This document shows, one piece after another, positions 62,020-64,000 of a stretch of 64,000 nt of DNA; position 1 is the stretch's first letter; each line of letters starts with the position of its first letter. Source of the DNA: Azolla caroliniana (Eukaryota; Plantae; Polypodiophyta); contig JBHGNT010000010.1 in assembly GCA_043228905.1 (NCBI GenBank), forward strand, positions 15,376,001 through 15,440,000. The letters are read 5' to 3'. Made by a program: the position numbers and the translations under genes. The notes below the pieces were generated by a model, which made no database searches, had not been told where the DNA came from, and saw only the letters and a program-made list of their open reading frames with translations.

Positions 62020-62439
62020 ATGGGTGGAACCCCTAAATGGTAAGGTCCCAAACTAGGAGATGGATGAGATGGAGAATATTTTAGAAGAAGAATTTGATTA
62101 AACTCCAGACCTTTATGCACAAAGGGGTAAGGATATTTTCAAGACCAAGCTACTATATTAAGAATAAAAATCAAGAATTATTGAAGAAACTTAAAGTGTA
62201 TTTTAATTTTTCTTCTTCTTCTTTTTTGGTACCCTTTTCTCCTCATAATGATATGCCTTTACATATGGGTCTCCCATGTAGTTATGACTAGTTATGCATC
62301 GTGAAGGGACACTTTAACCTTCTCATACACGAAGGGCGAAGCATGTATAATCATTTCGAGCACATGCTTTAGTATTCCATACCCCTTTGTGCATGAAGGT
62401 CTCAAGTTTAAATATCTCTAACCTATTCTTATATAGGTT

Positions 62440-64000
62440 AAATATTCCTAATTAATGTTTTTTTCCCTAACGTCCTATGAGAAAAATTATCTAACCTAGA
62501 ATTGGTACGTTTGATCAAAATCTCTCTTATATCATTGTAGTAAATTGTGATGCACACAATCATGAACTTTTATAGGGGATGATGCCAATGAGTCTCCTCC
62601 TGTGTGCATGAATCCCCCATCTCACATAAACGAGAATGTGAGCTAATTCATACGGAAGCAATAGTGTGTGTCACATGTGGAGGACAAAGGAATTATCCCT
62701 AACATACATTGGTGAGTGTGGTTTCCCATTTGGAGAAAAATATGGTTTTATATTTAGTGCAGCACTTGTAACATAATGTATGAAATGTGAACCTTCACAT
62801 CTAGTCCAAGTCATGATAAATTGGCTATACAAAAAATCTCATTTGTTATAGAATCCATTAGGGCATCTTTAAAACAAGTAAAACATATCCCATCTCCCAA
62901 ACCATTTCGTTATATCTTGAACATATCTAGAACTTACTATTAGGGAGCTCTATATTTGCTTTACATAAAAATCTAAAAATTGAACATGAGGAGATTTTTT
63001 TAACCTTTAACATGCACTCAACAACACTCCTCAACCCCATGATCTTGATGAAAAATAATCTAGTCTAAAGAAATTAGGCGCATGAAGAACCTTTATAAAG
63101 AAATGGTTTTCGTATTTCTTGAAAACCCAACATTTGATTCCTCAAGCAGTGCAAAATCTATAATAAGCCTTCATTTCTATTTAAAGCAACGAGTAACACA
63201 TTCTATTGTTTCATGTTGGTAAATGTACATATTATAAATTGGCAATAATTACATTCCTAATTATAAACATATTGCAATAGACCCGTAGGGTTAATGCCAA
63301 GACATATCACCAAGTCACCAATTCCATTGTTTTTTTAGCCTAAGCAAACTCAATTATACAATCATAATGGGAACTAATGAAATGGTGTTGATAGAAGAGA
63401 GAGTGTGTGTGTGTGTGTGAGAGAGATACATAGATACATACATAGATTTTTTTATCGTCTTTAGAGGTCAAATATAACCTATAAGACAAAAAATATTACA
63501 TTTCACTTGATACATGTGAAAGTGAGTAGTGATTTTTGATGTTCAAGAACTTTACCAATGAATGCTCTAATCAAGTGCACATTGTGATTGTGGGAAATTA
63601 ATGCAAAATTTGGGCTTGGTCGAAGATACATAGAAAGCATGGTCAAATACGATAAAAGGTAGCGCATTGTATCAAAGTATAATACTCAAGATTCTCAAAC
63701 TTGTTTAAGGCAAAGTGTGGAGTTGACCACTCTCATCACTTGTGCCCCAACACCCCGTCTCACATTGCAACAAATGTGAGCTAAGTCATGTGAAAGCAAT
63801 TGTTCAAATAGCAAACAACTAGATGAGCTCTAACATGAATCAATATGTACAATTTCCTCATTCCTTGATGAATATAGTTTTGTGGTTAGGTACATGTGTA
63901 GTATAACGTGTGAAATGTGAGCCTCCATATTTATTCAATGTTATGATACATTAGCATTATAAAAAGGCTTCACTTACAAGGAAATCTAGTGATGCATCAT
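62440..64000 (-). mobile_element. Two adjacent RTE-X-like LINE 3' fragments
   Basis: LSSHLLQCETG-type motif at ~63755-63800 with a similar copy at ~62620-62665; GAAATGTGA(A/G)CCT shared at 62782 and 63912; tail at 63400-63490 resembles 48770-48845. Confidence 0.65.

Overview
Eukaryotic, AT-rich, intron-containing plant-type genomic DNA, not prokaryotic; no CRISPR array, rRNA or intact tRNA was seen. I can support four host genes: (1) the last six full coding exons, plus the tail of a seventh, of an NADPH-cytochrome P450 reductase (+, <1..2305); (2) a 12-exon, ~399-aa HxGH nucleotidylyltransferase-superfamily gene (-, 4307..19297) with two consecutive GC-AG introns and a 7.9-kb intron holding a Copia element, a LINE and a hAT element; (3) an intronless RTF2 with an N-terminal ubiquitin-like fold (+, 24612..25844); (4) an OVATE-family protein (+, 55360..56940). 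The rest is largely nested, degenerate transposons: Copia, Tat-like Gypsy inside an L1, L1s with clear TSDs, RTE-X-like LINEs and hAT non-autonomous elements. The most unusual signals are a ~47-bp minisatellite in the putative OFP 5'-UTR intron whose units carry splice donor- and acceptor-like motifs, an L1 that keeps ORF1 and its TSD but lacks EN/RT, a tRNA-Lys-like relic inside a hAT element, and short copies of genuine 3' splice regions elsewhere in the same genes. All coordinates and counts were read by eye; no alignment or database search was run, so none of these is demonstrated to be a new system.
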